Positions 13,801 through 26,547 of a stretch of 64,000 nucleotides of DNA are shown in pieces. The notes under the pieces are model-generated. The model ran no database searches, was not told where the DNA came from, and saw only the letters and a program-made list of their open reading frames with translations. The DNA comes from Balanoglossus misakiensis (Eukaryota > Animalia > Hemichordata): NCBI GenBank assembly GCA_040954595.2, contig CM082583.2:8666254-8730253 (forward strand), written 5' to 3'. Within the stretch, counting starts at the first letter, position 1; every line of letters starts with the position of its first letter. A program made the position numbers and the translations under genes.

Positions 13801-16800
13801 TTAGTATAAATTCCTCAGAGTTTGACTTCTGACAAGACATCCAGGCTGTGATCGAGGGTCCGTGGTGAAAATATTAATGTGAAGTGTTACGGGCTGCAGG
13901 GACCAGCTTTCAAAAGCAGGTCGCCTGCGACGATGTGAACAAAGGGGCAGATGTATTCAATACCTCATTAGGCCATAAATCAACTATACATACATTGTAT
14001 GCTGTAACCTTTGAAGAACAGTCCTAGTGCAGAGTTTAATATTAAGACTGAACCATTTGACATTTCATCGGAAGACCTCCTGACATAACCAGAACACTAA
14101 ACCTCATATCAAATATCTAATATAAATATATTTCCCGGTTGACATCAATAACAACAGAGATATAGTGCATATGGAGTAATGTAACCGTCCAAAGAAATTG
14201 CCAATTTGCAGACTGCAAAATGTTGTGTGATGTGATCTTTGCAGTTTGGGGTAGGATGGCTGCAACCATTTCCATCTTACCTGTTCCAGTTTGAAGACAT
14301 GTTGATTGAAGTAGTATTGTAGATGTTCATTGGCAAAGTTGATGCAGAATTGTTCAAAGCTGTTCTGGCCGAAGTCTTCAAATCCAAAGATATCCAGCAC
14401 ACCGATTGAGTTGCCCTGAAAGGCAAAACCATGATATCATCATCATCATCCTCATCATCCTCATCATCCTCATTATCATCATCATCATCATCATCATCAT
14501 CACTTACACGGTGTTCTGCTTTCATCTCATATCTTGACATGAGTGCATGGTTGACTTGTAACACGATCCAATCAAACAGAGCACTGTACAAACACTTGGC
14601 CAAGGCATCTCTGTTGTTCACAGCCTGTAATGCAAAAATGAAACGAGCATTACTACGCATTTATTCCTTAAGCAGAAGTTCTTATCCATTATTGCAGGAT
14701 ATTAACACAAAACATCTCTCAACCGCATGCACAGAACAAACATATACTATGTACACACTATGTGAGGTTAAATATTGGGCCTCCACTAGTTAATTTAACT
14801 GCCGAATGCAGAATGCTGCCTGCATTAAGAGTTCAAACACCACTGACCTCAGCTGTCTTGTACTGCACAACAAACGTATCGCCTCTTGTGACAGACTTCC
14901 TGGTGGTCAGCGCAGCCAGAAGAGTTTCTTGCTTGACCTTCAGCAAGTCCGAGATGACCTTGACCAGGCCCACGTTCTTCACTGTGACCCCCTCGTCCTT
15001 CTCCGACTTCTTGCGGAACTCCACATTCCCGAGGTGCAGAAGCGCTGACAGTACGGCGAAGATTCTGTCAGAAGCGTTCAATGGAGAAGAAAGTGTTAGA
15101 ATCTGACATTATCGGATAGTACAGTCTATAGCTGCCCTGTTGGGTCAGAGTACACTGGATGGTGTGTCTGCTGACAGCCAACTTTGTTTTTAAAGCTACT
15201 GCGATGACATATTAGTGTCAGAAAAAGGGTCTAGTCCGTGGGAGTTGGTGTGAGAGTTGATGTACGGTGCAAAGACTTGACATGACCCGAGCATCAATGG
15301 AGCTCACTGAGAAGACTTCACTGTCTTCAGTATTTTCATGGCAATCATGTACATGTATCAAATTGTATTACTGTACATGTTAATGTCAATTTATGATTCA
15401 TTCAGGTATTTCCCCTTTGTTACAATACAATGCAAGTCTTAGCATGTCAGAATATGGCATCCAATTTGAAGCAGACTTTCCCTTCAGGCAGCGAAAACAC
15501 TTAAAATTCAATATTCACCGACTCATGACTCATTTCTTGATAAATGACATAATTTTTAATATGGTAATGCATATTTTCAGGTGGAATAGAGGCACACTGT
15601 GAATGGGGCTGGAGAAATTCGGATAGAAAGATTAGCTTGAGGCGATGTCATCGTTATAGACCTCTGTAGTAAGTGAATTGAGGAGCAAGTCACGTATCAT
15701 ACTGTGGTAGTTTGCTTGGCATGGGGTGGGGCCGGTAAGCAGTGGTCATGTATACAGATTCAGATACAGCTAGGCAGTCATTGTGAATTTTTTGCTAGTG
15801 ATGTACCCCCAACAGATGGGGAGACTGGATTTAATACTAGCAATTTGCACAACAGTAAATTTATGGGCTGCTACAGCAGGTGAATTACTGCATCACTGCA
15901 GGCAAAACACACAAAGCCTAATGTGGTGAATCACCCGCTGTGTAGACTTTATATATTCCACAATGGGAATATCGGTGAGCCACATCGATGAAAGAAGACT
16001 TATATTATCCTTGATGACCTTTGACCCAACTTTTGAACCTACATTGTACATGTATGCATCTGTAGTGACATGATGTACAGGTATGAGTCTACATAATGTG
16101 TATGCCAGTATACATGCAGGCAGCAATCATAAAGTTTCTCCTAGATCCAAGTCCCACAGGGCCTTGTAATTTACACCAGCCAGTGCTGTGGTAATCAATG
16201 CATGACACCTGATGAAATGACATCAAATTTAACGTCATGAACCCTGATATACCGTACTGTAGGCATGCATGCATAACAACCCAATTTTACGGATTATACT
16301 TTTTATCAGACTGATTAAAATCCCGGAAAGTGACAGAGAATTCATTTCCAGACTTGAACAGACACTGCGCTGTCTGGAAAGAGTCGATCGGAAGACCGGT
16401 TCCCATTCGGATGTCTGATGAGTAATAAGAGTTCCTGGGCAGCCGTTCCACACTAATGATCAATCTATATGCTTCACTGTGCAAAATGCCGCAATCTGTC
16501 CAGGTGTAGGTTGCCGTGGGAACACCCGATACATATGCATAGTTTGAAAATGCACTGGGGCGCAAAACATACATGTAGAAACTGGTTCACACTGGCGCAT
16601 CATTGATGTATGAAATGTCAACAATCTTTGGTACAATCAGAGTCAGTTATAATTGAAGCAATACGGCATGAAGTCCACTTTAAACGGTTACGGAAAATGT
16701 CTCACCTCTTCATTGTTTCCCTGGAAAAGCCAACCATTTCCATGGATTGCTTTAATCTGGAGAACTCGTAGACTTCATCTACTCCTTCCAGTGTATAAGT

Positions 16801-19800
16801 TTTACTCTGTAAGAGACATGAATATTTGTTTGTAAATGTGTTTCAAATAAGGCCTGTATGTGTACATTCTTCTGTGGTGAACACGAAAAGCAGAGAACTC
16901 GAACATTTCACAATTCCATAACCAACCTGATTAAGGTAATGATAATCTTCCGGTTTGCCCAACCAGAAAGCCTCTTTCTCAGCATTGGAGGCACCGGCCA
17001 GCAGATAATAAAAGACATGGTAGTTTCTCTCATTGGCATTCAGATGAACTATCCTGGACTTCTCCAGCAAGTAATTCTCCACAATAGCACTGCAATAAAC
17101 AACATATAATAAAGACATCGTGTCATAATTTGGGAACACATCTTGAATTTCAATCTTCAATCACTGTTTTGTGTACAATTGTTGGTACATTTATAACCTC
17201 TCTTATAATATAATCTCTCTCAAATAATACCTAGTTTCAGTTTCAATGTCTGAGTTTCATTTTTAACGATTCTCATGTCCTCAACGAAAATATCAAATTT
17301 CACGCGTCCTACATGTACCATGCAAACTTTGTCAATGTCACTTATCCAGTCTCATCTGATATGAATTAACCCATAAAGGGTTTTATTACTACATGCAGTC
17401 TGTCATCTGTTCCCAATGTGTCATCAGTTTCTGTGAATCAAACGCATTTCCTTTGATGACTGAATTTGCATCAAAAATACAAAATGGATAAATAACACTG
17501 TCTTCCTGTATATTCTGAAAACTACAACTTGGGTTGTCTGGTTGTGGGTGTGAAACTCCAGGAAAGCGCATACTGGTATCACATCTATCATTAGCATAAT
17601 GATCTTTTTTATGTATCTGATAAAATTCAACAATACACAGAATTAAGTGGCTAATTATTTATCTTTTGTTTGAATTGAAAATACCCTGTCAGTTTATTTG
17701 ATCAGCTTTTCCTCATTGATAATATTTCTCTAAATGATTTATATCCAGTTTCAGTGAAGGTAATTAAACTAATTATATTTCTCTATCAGGTCTGAAGCCC
17801 TGCTCTGTCAGGCTGTTATAATCAGATTAATACAGAAACTAATCAAGGAAGCTTATTACATTGGATTTGAAGTTAATCTTGTTCTGGTTGAGTAGAATTT
17901 CATCAGATTAATTGTCCCGACCTAGGCTTTGGGAGGTGGGGGGGGGGGGGTCTTTAAGATGGGAATGGACGTGTGACAGTACAAGGGAGGGAGGGAGGGT
18001 GGTATAATTGGAAAGTGGACTTACCCATGGACTGTTCCATTCTCTCTGTAGTTGACCTGAATGAATTTGCCAAACCTGCTGCTGTTATTGTTCACCACTG
18101 TCATGGCATTTCCGAAGGCCTGCCCCGAGAATGAAAACAAACATATGTGAGGATATTTTGGGAAGATGCAAGTACCCAAAACAAAGAAACCCTTCACTTG
18201 GTAGCCATGAAATTATCTGTGGCCGCTTGTGCAAATATACAATGACAAGAACACCAGAGTTTTGTTTATAAACAAGACCTCTGTTTGGCTGTTTGTGGAA
18301 AGATACTATTTGGTGTGGAGTGATGGTGTATTCCTTGTAACAACTTAACCATCTGATCCACCGGTGTCTGTGTCTGGGATGTGGTGAACAGATCTCTGAA
18401 GGCAAGGAAGCCATGTGTTTGTTATTTCATGGCAGAGTGGAATTTCTGTGTCACAAAGCAACATGGTGATGGACAGAACAGCTTTATATACAGAAGTGCA
18501 GTGAAGACAAGTGGTTTTGTCTGTTGATTTCCCTAAAAGCATGTGAATCGGTATAGTGGCCCGTGGGCGTGTGTGTGTTCGAACCCCGTAAAGATACAAG
18601 TTGATAGATAGTAATAGTCTGTCAGCTTAAACCAGAGTCAATTATTTCCATTTCGTGATCTGAAATTCAATAATTTTGACGGACTGATGGCGGTAATTGT
18701 GTTTGCAGACCAGATTATAACAAAATAAACGGATAATCCAACTTCAGGTAATGGTGGTTTGTCTCTGTCTCACTGATGACGTACATGAGAAAATGTAATC
18801 ATTCTATAAATTGAACACTTGGCACGTCACTGGACCTGGTGTTAGCATCACTGCTTCTTACTAGATTATTACGTAATATTAGTTATTACTGAATTGCATA
18901 AATTTTTATTGATTTTTCAAAACAAACCCGCATGAGCAGTGGTTGAGAAGAACCAAGAAAAACCCCCAACTTAAATTATGAATGTCTCGTTTGCCAGAAA
19001 GAGAGACTCAACATTTGCCTGAAGAGTTCGGAAATTGAGGTGAAAGGGCAGACGCTCAGAGGGAAATCGACTTCATGAAAATTTCATGAGAGATCTATCT
19101 GAGACATTTACCGAGAATGAAAGTCCTCCACTCCGAGACATTTCAATTCTCAGGATGATCACGACCAAAACTTTCCAACAGCCTACATGCATACATACAT
19201 GCACATAGTTTTCCTCAGTGTACTTCCCCATCCACAGCCCCGGCTGATGTTTCCTGTCGTGTAAATTCGACCTCTGGACTGAGACATAACAAATCATAAA
19301 CTTCTGAGGTCGTTCTCGGGTGAACTTTCCCCCCTCACTCCACTTTATTGTAAAACCAGAGTGGTCATAACATTCGGTGATTCATTCATCTGCCTTTCAG
19401 CTGCAGCAGGGCCGTGGAAGTGTTTGTGCTTGGAAAGTCATTGAAGATCAGAAGTATAACCCTGGAGGGCTGGTTCAACAGCCTATTTATTTCAATAACC
19501 TGCTCATCTAAAATCCTTCAGTTGTGTACATGTACTTAACTTTGCACACAGCTGTTGACAAGGTTGGTCCTTCAATGTGAATGTACAGAGATTACCTCAA
19601 TTTTCAACAAACACAAACAAAATCCACATGTCAAGGTTTGCATCACAATTCAGTTGACATAATTCTCTCTCCAATTCCAATGAAGAGTTCTGTCCACTAA
19701 TAAAACAAAATTTCCGGTCAATTCTTCCATTTGTAACAAGAAAGAAGGATGGTGCGTGGGATTGGATAATAGTTACAGCGTCGCAGTTCATTGTATTTGA

Positions 19801-22800
19801 TATCAGTTGAGTGTACCAGGAAAAAGATGCATTGTTTAAATACGAGCCACAAGAGTCAAAGGGCTTTACACTGTGTTCAAAGGTGAATTTAAACAACCAC
19901 GTTAAGCTGTTTTGTAATTGACATGGCATATGAGGAGCCCAGACCACTCGGACAAAAGAAAACTGGTTGCTAGACAATCGGACTGGTCTGTAGAAATGTT
20001 AATGATCGCAAGAACACACCTACGTGAATGTCTGCGGCATTACATAATAACTGACGGAATTAGGGAAGAAAGGTTCGACTTCCCCTGACAGGTAGACCAC
20101 TAAACAGAAAATATATGAGTCATAAACCAATACCGCCTGTCACACAATAGATACAGGTACTTCCTGCTTGGCTGCAAAGGCGTGACAAATCCACACGAAA
20201 TATGCGCCCAAAGCAATATCATTCGCGCCACTCACACCTATAAATAAATTCTATCGATTATTTCATGTTCATAATATTCTCCGAATATGATACGCATATT
20301 TGATTTGATTTTAGAATCTCTCTCAAGCGCTGTCATGGAACCGATGATGCATGCCTGCATGCTTATTGAGATATTGACTCCAGAAATTAATTTAGAAAAC
20401 ACATCGTCACATGACACATTAGGAATTCTTGGAAGATGCTTTGTGGTCATAATGTGAGCATTCTGAATCTGACACACATTTTTGTGACATGAACATAAGG
20501 CCCGTCAACCTTCCTGGTTGTATCACTAGTTGGCAATGCAGCTGTTATGATTAATCTCGTCTACTTCTGCTATGTTATATTGACTAATAAACCATAGTAT
20601 AAACAACAAGCATGGAATTTTGCTGACTTGGCAAACATGCAATGTACATCGTAGTTTATACAAAATGACTGCTGGGTACATGTATGCAATACACTGTATT
20701 TGACTTGTTGTGTCCATGTACATGTATCATTGTCATGATAAATTTACAAGCAGGATGCTGGTAGTGTTTTGACACCGACATAAGTGATTGTGTTACTGTA
20801 AACAGAAGATTATTACTGACTTCAATACGAAACAAGAATATCCTAAACAAGGTCAATAGAGTATAACTTTTGCTCCCTACAACATACATGTACTTATGCA
20901 ATTTTATTTCCAAAGAAGAACAAGATTTTGTGTTCAAAGTTTGCTTGTCACAATTAGGGGGGTACCCCTATTGCACATCTATGGGGAATGTGTATTAATG
21001 GGGATGGACAGCTGCGTACAAAATTTTTCGGAAAACGTTTCTGCAAAGGAAGAACCGGGTAATGAGAAGGAAGTGGAAGAAGGGATACGACACATTAAAT
21101 TCGTGGTGATGGTGTTGTTGACTTTTTTTCCACCGAGTTTCTTCAGTGAGCATGAATCATGTGGTGCGTTTCAATAACAAATATCTGTGAATGCAGGCCT
21201 CAATATATTCTTGCAGGTCACTGCAGCAGTGCTTTTTTTGATGTCGAGCCAAAATTCCTGCCGACCAACTCGGCAAGCTTCAGTTTCATGTATTGTGTTG
21301 CACTGTAGCAACCATAAATGCTATGGGGCTGATTTACGACTGCCCCTTGGTTCCCTCTGAAAAACTTTCAAATAATTATCCAACTTAAATTGGAGGCTAC
21401 AGGTCTGCCAGGTCATGAACGCGGTCTCTCTTGTGCCTCGTATTATTGTTTGACTTGGTGGAACTCGGTGCCTAGTACTGGTATATGCAGTAGTGTTCTT
21501 GCAAATTTGCAGGAAAGTCAACAAGCTTGGGCCACCAACAATAAACATTAGTGACTTTTTGTGTGACTATACATGCATATTACGCCAAGAACATGCAGTT
21601 CTGTCTCAAATAGTCACTCTTCGATTGCTAGGATGGTAACCATATGTGCTATACTCTGATGACCTGTGTTCATGTTCATTTAAAATGAGCACAATGGTAC
21701 GGTTTGTGGAGTGACTGTGTATAGTGACGTCAGACTCTCATTCAAAGAGTCAAGCCCAACATTTTCCACAAATAGAATAACCTTGACAAGCTGTTTCTTT
21801 GTTCATTATGAATGAACATGTTTGGTAGAACACGTATGCTTATCTATTCAGGTTTAATTTGAAAATGCCAGTGGTACATGTATTACAGGTTGTCATCACC
21901 CTGCTTTGATAATGCATTTTCAGTTTGGCGTTAAAGCGTTAAAAATACATATACCGATAGCATATCATGATATTATGATTAGATACATCAGTTTTTGGAT
22001 TAGAAAACATACACTTGACAACATAATATCTGACTTTATATAAAATTTCCACCAACATACTACCCAGTATGTTGTCATCAGGCAGTTGATCACTTTTATA
22101 ATCCAAGAGATGCTTCGTGATCCTGTGAATGTCACGAGCTGCTGACATAAAAAGTACACATTCCATTGGGTTGATACCAACACTCATCACCAACTAAAAA
22201 TAATCATGTACCACAAATGATACGATACACCACGATATGAAATCTAATTAAATCTTTACTTGTAGCTCACATCCTTTCCTTTCCCCAAAATAAAATACAA
22301 GGACTTTTCTCTAAATTTGAAATGAGTATTTGAAACGGTCTAGCACCACATCAAATTACATATATTTATAACCTCAATGGTTGTTATGGCTGCTGCTAAT
22401 CCTCTGAAGACAGTCAAGTACACTTCAGAATTCACATCGGCAGTTGATATTAAAACCCAGTCAGTCACAACACTCAACAATGAAATGAAGGGAAACGACA
22501 ATCAACTTCCCGGGCTTTTAAAAAAGCCCAAGTCACAATACTGGGGAAGTCGAGATCTGCACGCATATGCGATATGTTTTCATTTCTCGCCAAGCAGAAA
22601 ATGTCACCGCTAATGGACAACAGGGAATTACACAGTACACCAGAATTGAAGAATGGGTACTTCATTTTGGGGGAAATGCATTTCTCTTTTCTGTCAAAAT
22701 TAATGGAAAATTGTGGAAACTTCTCTTTTTAATAATGGTGTACAATGTAATGTTGTGTGTGATGTCATGGTTGGAGCTCGATGTGAAGGCTTCCCTGGGT

Positions 22801-25800
22801 GATTTTCTGACACTCGAGTAATATGGGTGAATTGGTATTTTATGAATTTTAGCGTGGCTACTCGTGCGGTACACCAACCTTTGGTACCGTACGTGTTTCT
22901 TTCCTTTCAGTTTCAAACAAGTTAATCAGATTGGTGAAAACAAACAGTTACATTTATATTTCACTTGTCAATCAAGTTAAATTCGAAGCAACTCTCATAC
23001 ACTGTAGACACATACACATACGACCTGATCTATCCTTTCAATTTCTCACATTGATTTGGGCTTACAAGGCCAGAAACTATAGTGAGGAAAGATTGCAGAC
23101 TATCATGTTTATAGGAAGGAAGCAAGCGACTTCCACCCTTTTCAATCAAACTTTTGTAGTGGGGGAGTGCAGGCTGACTTGACAATTAACAGGCAGTGGA
23201 ATGTTTGATTCTGAAACAGACTGACTTCGTCAATTCAAAATCAAATGTGCATGTAAGTTGTTTCAAATTCCACAGGCTGTCTACTGGACTTCAGTGGCTT
23301 TTTAATGGAACCATAACGCGTCTTCTACGGGGGTATTAGAACTGAGCCGGTCATGTAATAAAGAGGCGACTGTGAAAGCCGGCAACAGGAAGTCGACTGA
23401 GAGTCCACATGTATGTGTGTCATCCACATGTAGTGTAATGCAAATGTTTCAATTCGTGTGGAACCGTAATGCATGTAATATGGGAGTGGTCATTTTGAAC
23501 GGTGTGGCAGGGTGGGGAAAGCAGCATTCTGTGTCAACACCTGACGAATGGAAGGGTCAATAAACTGACTCATACTTTCTTCTTCCAAAGAAAGAGTTGC
23601 AGGTCTAGCAGTGCCTCGGGCATATTTTTGTATCCAAGTACATTTATTGAAAATTGCGGATAAATATAAACGCAGCATTAGAATCGCTGGTCGTGTATTT
23701 TATATGGAAAAATACTCATAATTTGGTGCATGCATTCCGGTTTACTGTGAAGTCATATGCATCATTTTCAAAGAAATTGACTTTCGCTGAAAGCATTCTA
23801 CAATTCATATAAATACTTTGAATGATAGACAGTCACTGTACAAACACAGGTTCACCAACAAGGGGCAAGGTCACCATACAACAGGCAGTATCCGGCTTGT
23901 CATTTCAGCAGATCATGATTGTGCCACTTGGTGCGGAATATTCATCAATAAACCATGAACGCAAGAGGTTATATTACTTTCGTATCAAAATGTAAACTCT
24001 TGGTGGTTGCATCCACAACCCTGCCCTTGGCCAAACAGCATAATTGCTCAAGTAATTTACTGGAAGAGATTCCTAAAATTCCAAAACAAAGGGGTTCCTA
24101 AAACTTTAAATACCAGTAATATATTTCGAAACAAAAAAGGAACAAACACAGTTTATATTTTCCTAGATTTTTTCAGAAGAACAATATCTGGTTGTTGAGA
24201 TGTTGATGGTACCACTACTTTTTATCTGTTGATTTATTAATCAATTGAAACATAATCACATGAAATTGCTGGCAAATGAATTTTGAGGAATTTTAGTAAA
24301 TAGGCGGTAGGTGTTCCGAGGAGTTTTGTTCAGTAACATTTATTTTACAATGCAACTTAATTGGCATTTGTTACACACAGGTAGAGTGTGTGTGGATTCT
24401 AATTAAAGCAAATTCCACAAAATTGAAATTCATATAATGGTACATGTAACTGTTCTGTACAGTGTTTTGAACCTGGATGATCATACCAGAATACACACAA
24501 AAGATGAACAACCATTTTTTTATTTTCACACCAAACTGCAAGCGCCCATTATTGCCTATGCCTATATAATGAAACATAACACAGAACTAAATTTACTCAA
24601 ACAATTCCACCATATAAACATACATGTATGATTTACATTATCACAGATCAACAGAAATTTGACACTTCCCCCCTGACTGTATAACATGTGCACACGAACA
24701 GGATAATCACACAAGTAATTACATCTGAGATTTCCACTGTTCAAACCATGAATGTACCGACCCTAACCTTGTGCGACAATGATAGATTACCATTATTACA
24801 AATAATCTATTTTATTCCAAATTTCTATCTACATTTCGCCCGTGCGATGGATGGTGCAAGAGATAGGGTTGCAGGTGCTCATGGGTAATTCAGTTCCGAG
24901 GTGATTTACAGATACAAATATGCCATCGTGTATTTCCTTATTTGCTGAAGCACATAAATCATATTTTAACGTGTTTTAAAATCCATGCTTTGGCTGTCCC
25001 AAGTCAAATTCATAGGCACAGCCATCATAATGACCTTGACACCACGAAAGCACGCGATCAATTTTTCATCTAACATTACGACTTCCATAGAATTCCTTGA
25101 CAATTTATCATTCTGTAATACCCCAGCTGTCTGCACTATTAATCACAGTGCCCAAGTCATGCTGATGAGCTCAAAGCCCCCCGACACTTCACAAAGAAGA
25201 AGTTTTTACCAAACTCTTTTTTTAATGGAACTACGTGTAAATATGTTAAGCACTAACACTTAATTCCGTAACTGAATGGTCAACATACAGTTACGGAACC
25301 AGGTGGAAAACTAAAATATGCAAAAACTATAACCAGTGTTCAAGATTTGTCCAGGTTTACGATATATTTCACTCAGGGTCTCACCTGCTGTCAACTGTAT
25401 ATTACAGTGGAGTTTGTAATGTTTGAGACATATTACTTGTCTGCGACAAATCTATTTTACAGACTGTAGACCTACTACGTGACAAGTCTATCGTAAACCA
25501 CATGACAAACCTCCAAAACAAACCCTGGAACATGGATACATACATTTAGTTGCACAAATTGACTTCATAACGTACCCACCTCAGAAAACAGGCCCTGCAA
25601 CAAGAATACATTAATTACACCATTTCACTACATAATGTACCCACCTCCAAAACAGGCCCCGCGCCAAGGATAGTCTGCTCCAATCCACTGGCGTGACCTT
25701 TTTGACTCAGGGCCGTTAGATGATGCAGCAGAAGATTAGTGGCCTCTGTTTTGCCAGAACCACTTTCTCCCGAAATCACAACACACTGGTTAGTCTTCTT

Positions 25801-26547
25801 GCTGAGCATGGTGTGAAAGGCGGCGTCGGCGATGGCGAATATGTGCGGCGGCAACTCCCCCATCCGACGGTTCTGGTACATGTTCACATACTTTGGGTTG
25901 TAGATGGGAAAGAACTTGAACGGGTTGACGGAGATCAGGATGGAGCCCACGTAGGTGTAGATCTTCTCCCGTTTGAACCGCGAGATAATACTGTCCATGA
26001 GAGTCTCCTCGGTCAGGTCGGGGAGATTGCATAGGTCGTCGTACTGGCGCTGATCCGACTTGGGCAGGAACCCGTTGAGGAAGGTGTCCAGCACGGGGCT
26101 GGACAAGGCACTGGGGTGGTTGGTGGTGTTCTCTTGATGCATGCTGCGCAGAAAGAAGCGGTACTTGGTCGGCAGGTAGTGGGGGTCGGAAGGGCTGCGC
26201 TCGGGCGTCTTGGGCCAGAGGAGCTGCACGCGCACCGGGTACTCCTCGCTCTCCAGCCGGCGCTCGATGCAGTTCTGCCCGGACTCCTGGCACACCTCGG
26301 CCAGGTAGTAGTCCTTGACGTCCTCCAGGCTGAGCTTCTTCACCACCCGCTCCACCACCTCCTTAGTTCTGGTGTTCTTGGTGGCTTCCGTTATGCTGAA
26401 TATGGTGTCGGGCGCGCAGGACCCTGGGTATATCCTCAGCAGGTAGGTACCACTCTCCACGCTGTTGTACCTGTCCATAATTTTGGTCTGCGTTTCCGGG
26501 GAGAACACTGTCTGGGTGGACTCGTTGATCTGATTGCGCCTGTCCAT
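1295..26547 (-). CDS. MYO9: Unconventional myosin IX (MYO9A/B-like), 31 coding exons, ~2106 aa
   Basis: N-terminal RA domain; motor with P-loop GESGSGKTE, switch [11 protein letters not shown], switch II DIFGFE; Myo9-type loop-2 insert beginning [11 protein letters not shown]; 4 IQ motifs; ER/K helix; C1 domain; RhoGAP (GIYRKAG). The 31 exons listed below all have GT-AG ends and matching phases, and sum to 6321 nt. Confidence 0.97.
2018..2121 (-). CDS. MYO9: Myo9 exon 30 (coiled coil)
   Basis: SLRLEG...[18 protein letters not shown]. Confidence 0.9.
2358..2481 (-). CDS. MYO9: Myo9 exon 29
   Basis: [26 protein letters not shown]...SSQ. Confidence 0.92.
2595..2726 (-). CDS. MYO9: Myo9 exon 28 (RhoGAP)
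   Basis: [17 protein letters not shown]. Confidence 0.95.
3088..3322 (-). CDS. MYO9: Myo9 exon 27 (RhoGAP)
   Basis: [19 protein letters not shown]...LVFHLAR. Confidence 0.95.
3588..3842 (-). CDS. MYO9: Myo9 exon 26 (C1 end, RhoGAP start)
   Basis: CKFTCHKKC...[12 protein letters not shown] (arginine finger). Confidence 0.95.
3950..4091 (-). CDS. MYO9: Myo9 exon 25 (C1 domain, first half)
   Basis: [32 protein letters not shown]. Confidence 0.93.
4360..4545 (-). CDS. MYO9: Myo9 exon 24
   Basis: [12 protein letters not shown]...[17 protein letters not shown]...PPKK. Confidence 0.92.
4810..4926 (-). CDS. MYO9: Myo9 exon 23
   Basis: [39 protein letters not shown]. Confidence 0.92.
5191..5592 (-). 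CDS. MYO9: Myo9 exon 22
   Basis: [12 protein letters not shown]...[18 protein letters not shown] (conserved Myo9 tail motif). Confidence 0.9.
5902..6043 (-). CDS. MYO9: Myo9 exon 21
   Basis: [10 protein letters not shown]...KDLPPK|gtaatg. Confidence 0.85.
6220..6555 (-). CDS. MYO9: Myo9 exon 20 (disordered tail)
   Basis: [11 protein letters not shown]...RPKSI; phase 2 to 2. Confidence 0.85.
6928..7254 (-). CDS. MYO9: Myo9 exon 19 (ER/K single alpha helix)
   Basis: [24 protein letters not shown]...; AG/GT flanked, phase 2 to 2. Confidence 0.9.
7401..7579 (-). CDS. MYO9: Myo9 exon 18 (IQ)
   Basis: [11 protein letters not shown] and [13 protein letters not shown] motifs. Confidence 0.93.
7737..7886 (-). 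CDS. MYO9: Myo9 exon 17 (IQ)
   Basis: IFLRESER...[15 protein letters not shown]...KLQ. Confidence 0.93.
8126..8248 (-). CDS. MYO9: Myo9 exon 16 (converter)
   Basis: [11 protein letters not shown]...YQIGDTK. Confidence 0.93.
8432..8623 (-). CDS. MYO9: Myo9 exon 15
   Basis: [24 protein letters not shown]...[18 protein letters not shown]. Confidence 0.95.
8747..8851 (-). CDS. MYO9: Myo9 exon 14 (end of loop 2)
   Basis: [35 protein letters not shown]|gtgagt. Confidence 0.9.
8966..9005 (-). CDS. MYO9: Myo9 exon 13 (40 nt)
   Basis: tttag|(M)[13 protein letters not shown]|gttggt. Confidence 0.8.
10724..10957 (-). CDS. MYO9: Myo9 exon 12 (loop-2 insert)
   Basis: GVDHDVHV...[10 protein letters not shown]; phase 2 to 2; the end resembles the ARKI...K motif of Myo9 inserts. 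Confidence 0.75.
12388..12448 (-). CDS. MYO9: Myo9 exon 11 (loop-2 insert)
   Basis: ctacag|[20 protein letters not shown]|gtaag; supplies the phase 1 to 2 bridge the model needs. Confidence 0.75.
12670..12862 (-). CDS. MYO9: Myo9 exon 10 (start of loop-2 insert)
   Basis: [15 protein letters not shown]...[16 protein letters not shown]... Confidence 0.94.
13128..13275 (-). CDS. MYO9: Myo9 exon 9
   Basis: FPQADHDG...[15 protein letters not shown]. Confidence 0.94.
13427..13548 (-). CDS. MYO9: Myo9 exon 8
   Basis: [40 protein letters not shown]. Confidence 0.94.
14281..14415 (-). CDS. MYO9: Myo9 exon 7 (switch II, relay)
   Basis: [45 protein letters not shown]. Confidence 0.95.
14437..14501. 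repeat. Interrupted (CAT)n microsatellite filling most of a 92-nt Myo9 intron
   Basis: Direct reading. Confidence 0.9.
14508..14624 (-). CDS. MYO9: Myo9 exon 6
   Basis: [21 protein letters not shown]...EHR|gtaagt. Confidence 0.95.
14848..15064 (-). CDS. MYO9: Myo9 exon 5
   Basis: [16 protein letters not shown]...YKTAE. Confidence 0.95.
16706..16806 (-). CDS. MYO9: Myo9 exon 4
   Basis: [37 protein letters not shown] flanked. Confidence 0.92.
16927..17089 (-). CDS. MYO9: Myo9 exon 3
   Basis: [14 protein letters not shown]...[13 protein letters not shown]...YLNQ. Confidence 0.95.
18025..18119 (-). CDS. MYO9: Myo9 exon 2 (switch I)
   Basis: cag|[32 protein letters not shown]|gtaag. Confidence 0.95.
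25645..26547 (-). CDS. MYO9: Myo9 coding exon 1 (RA domain, motor start, P-loop)
   Basis: ORF MDRRNQ...GESGSGKTE...LGAGPVLE followed by gtgggt donor; upstream acceptor gives exon start 26600. Confidence 0.95.

Noticed and set aside
14416-14507. Poly-Asp insertion in the Myo9 motor suggested by ORF 14277-14660
   Set aside because: It is a 92-nt GT-AG intron filled with a CAT repeat; retention would shift the frame.
20896-22613. Several 70-90 aa ORFs in Myo9 intron 1
   Set aside because: No recognisable domains or consistent splice structure; lengths expected by chance.
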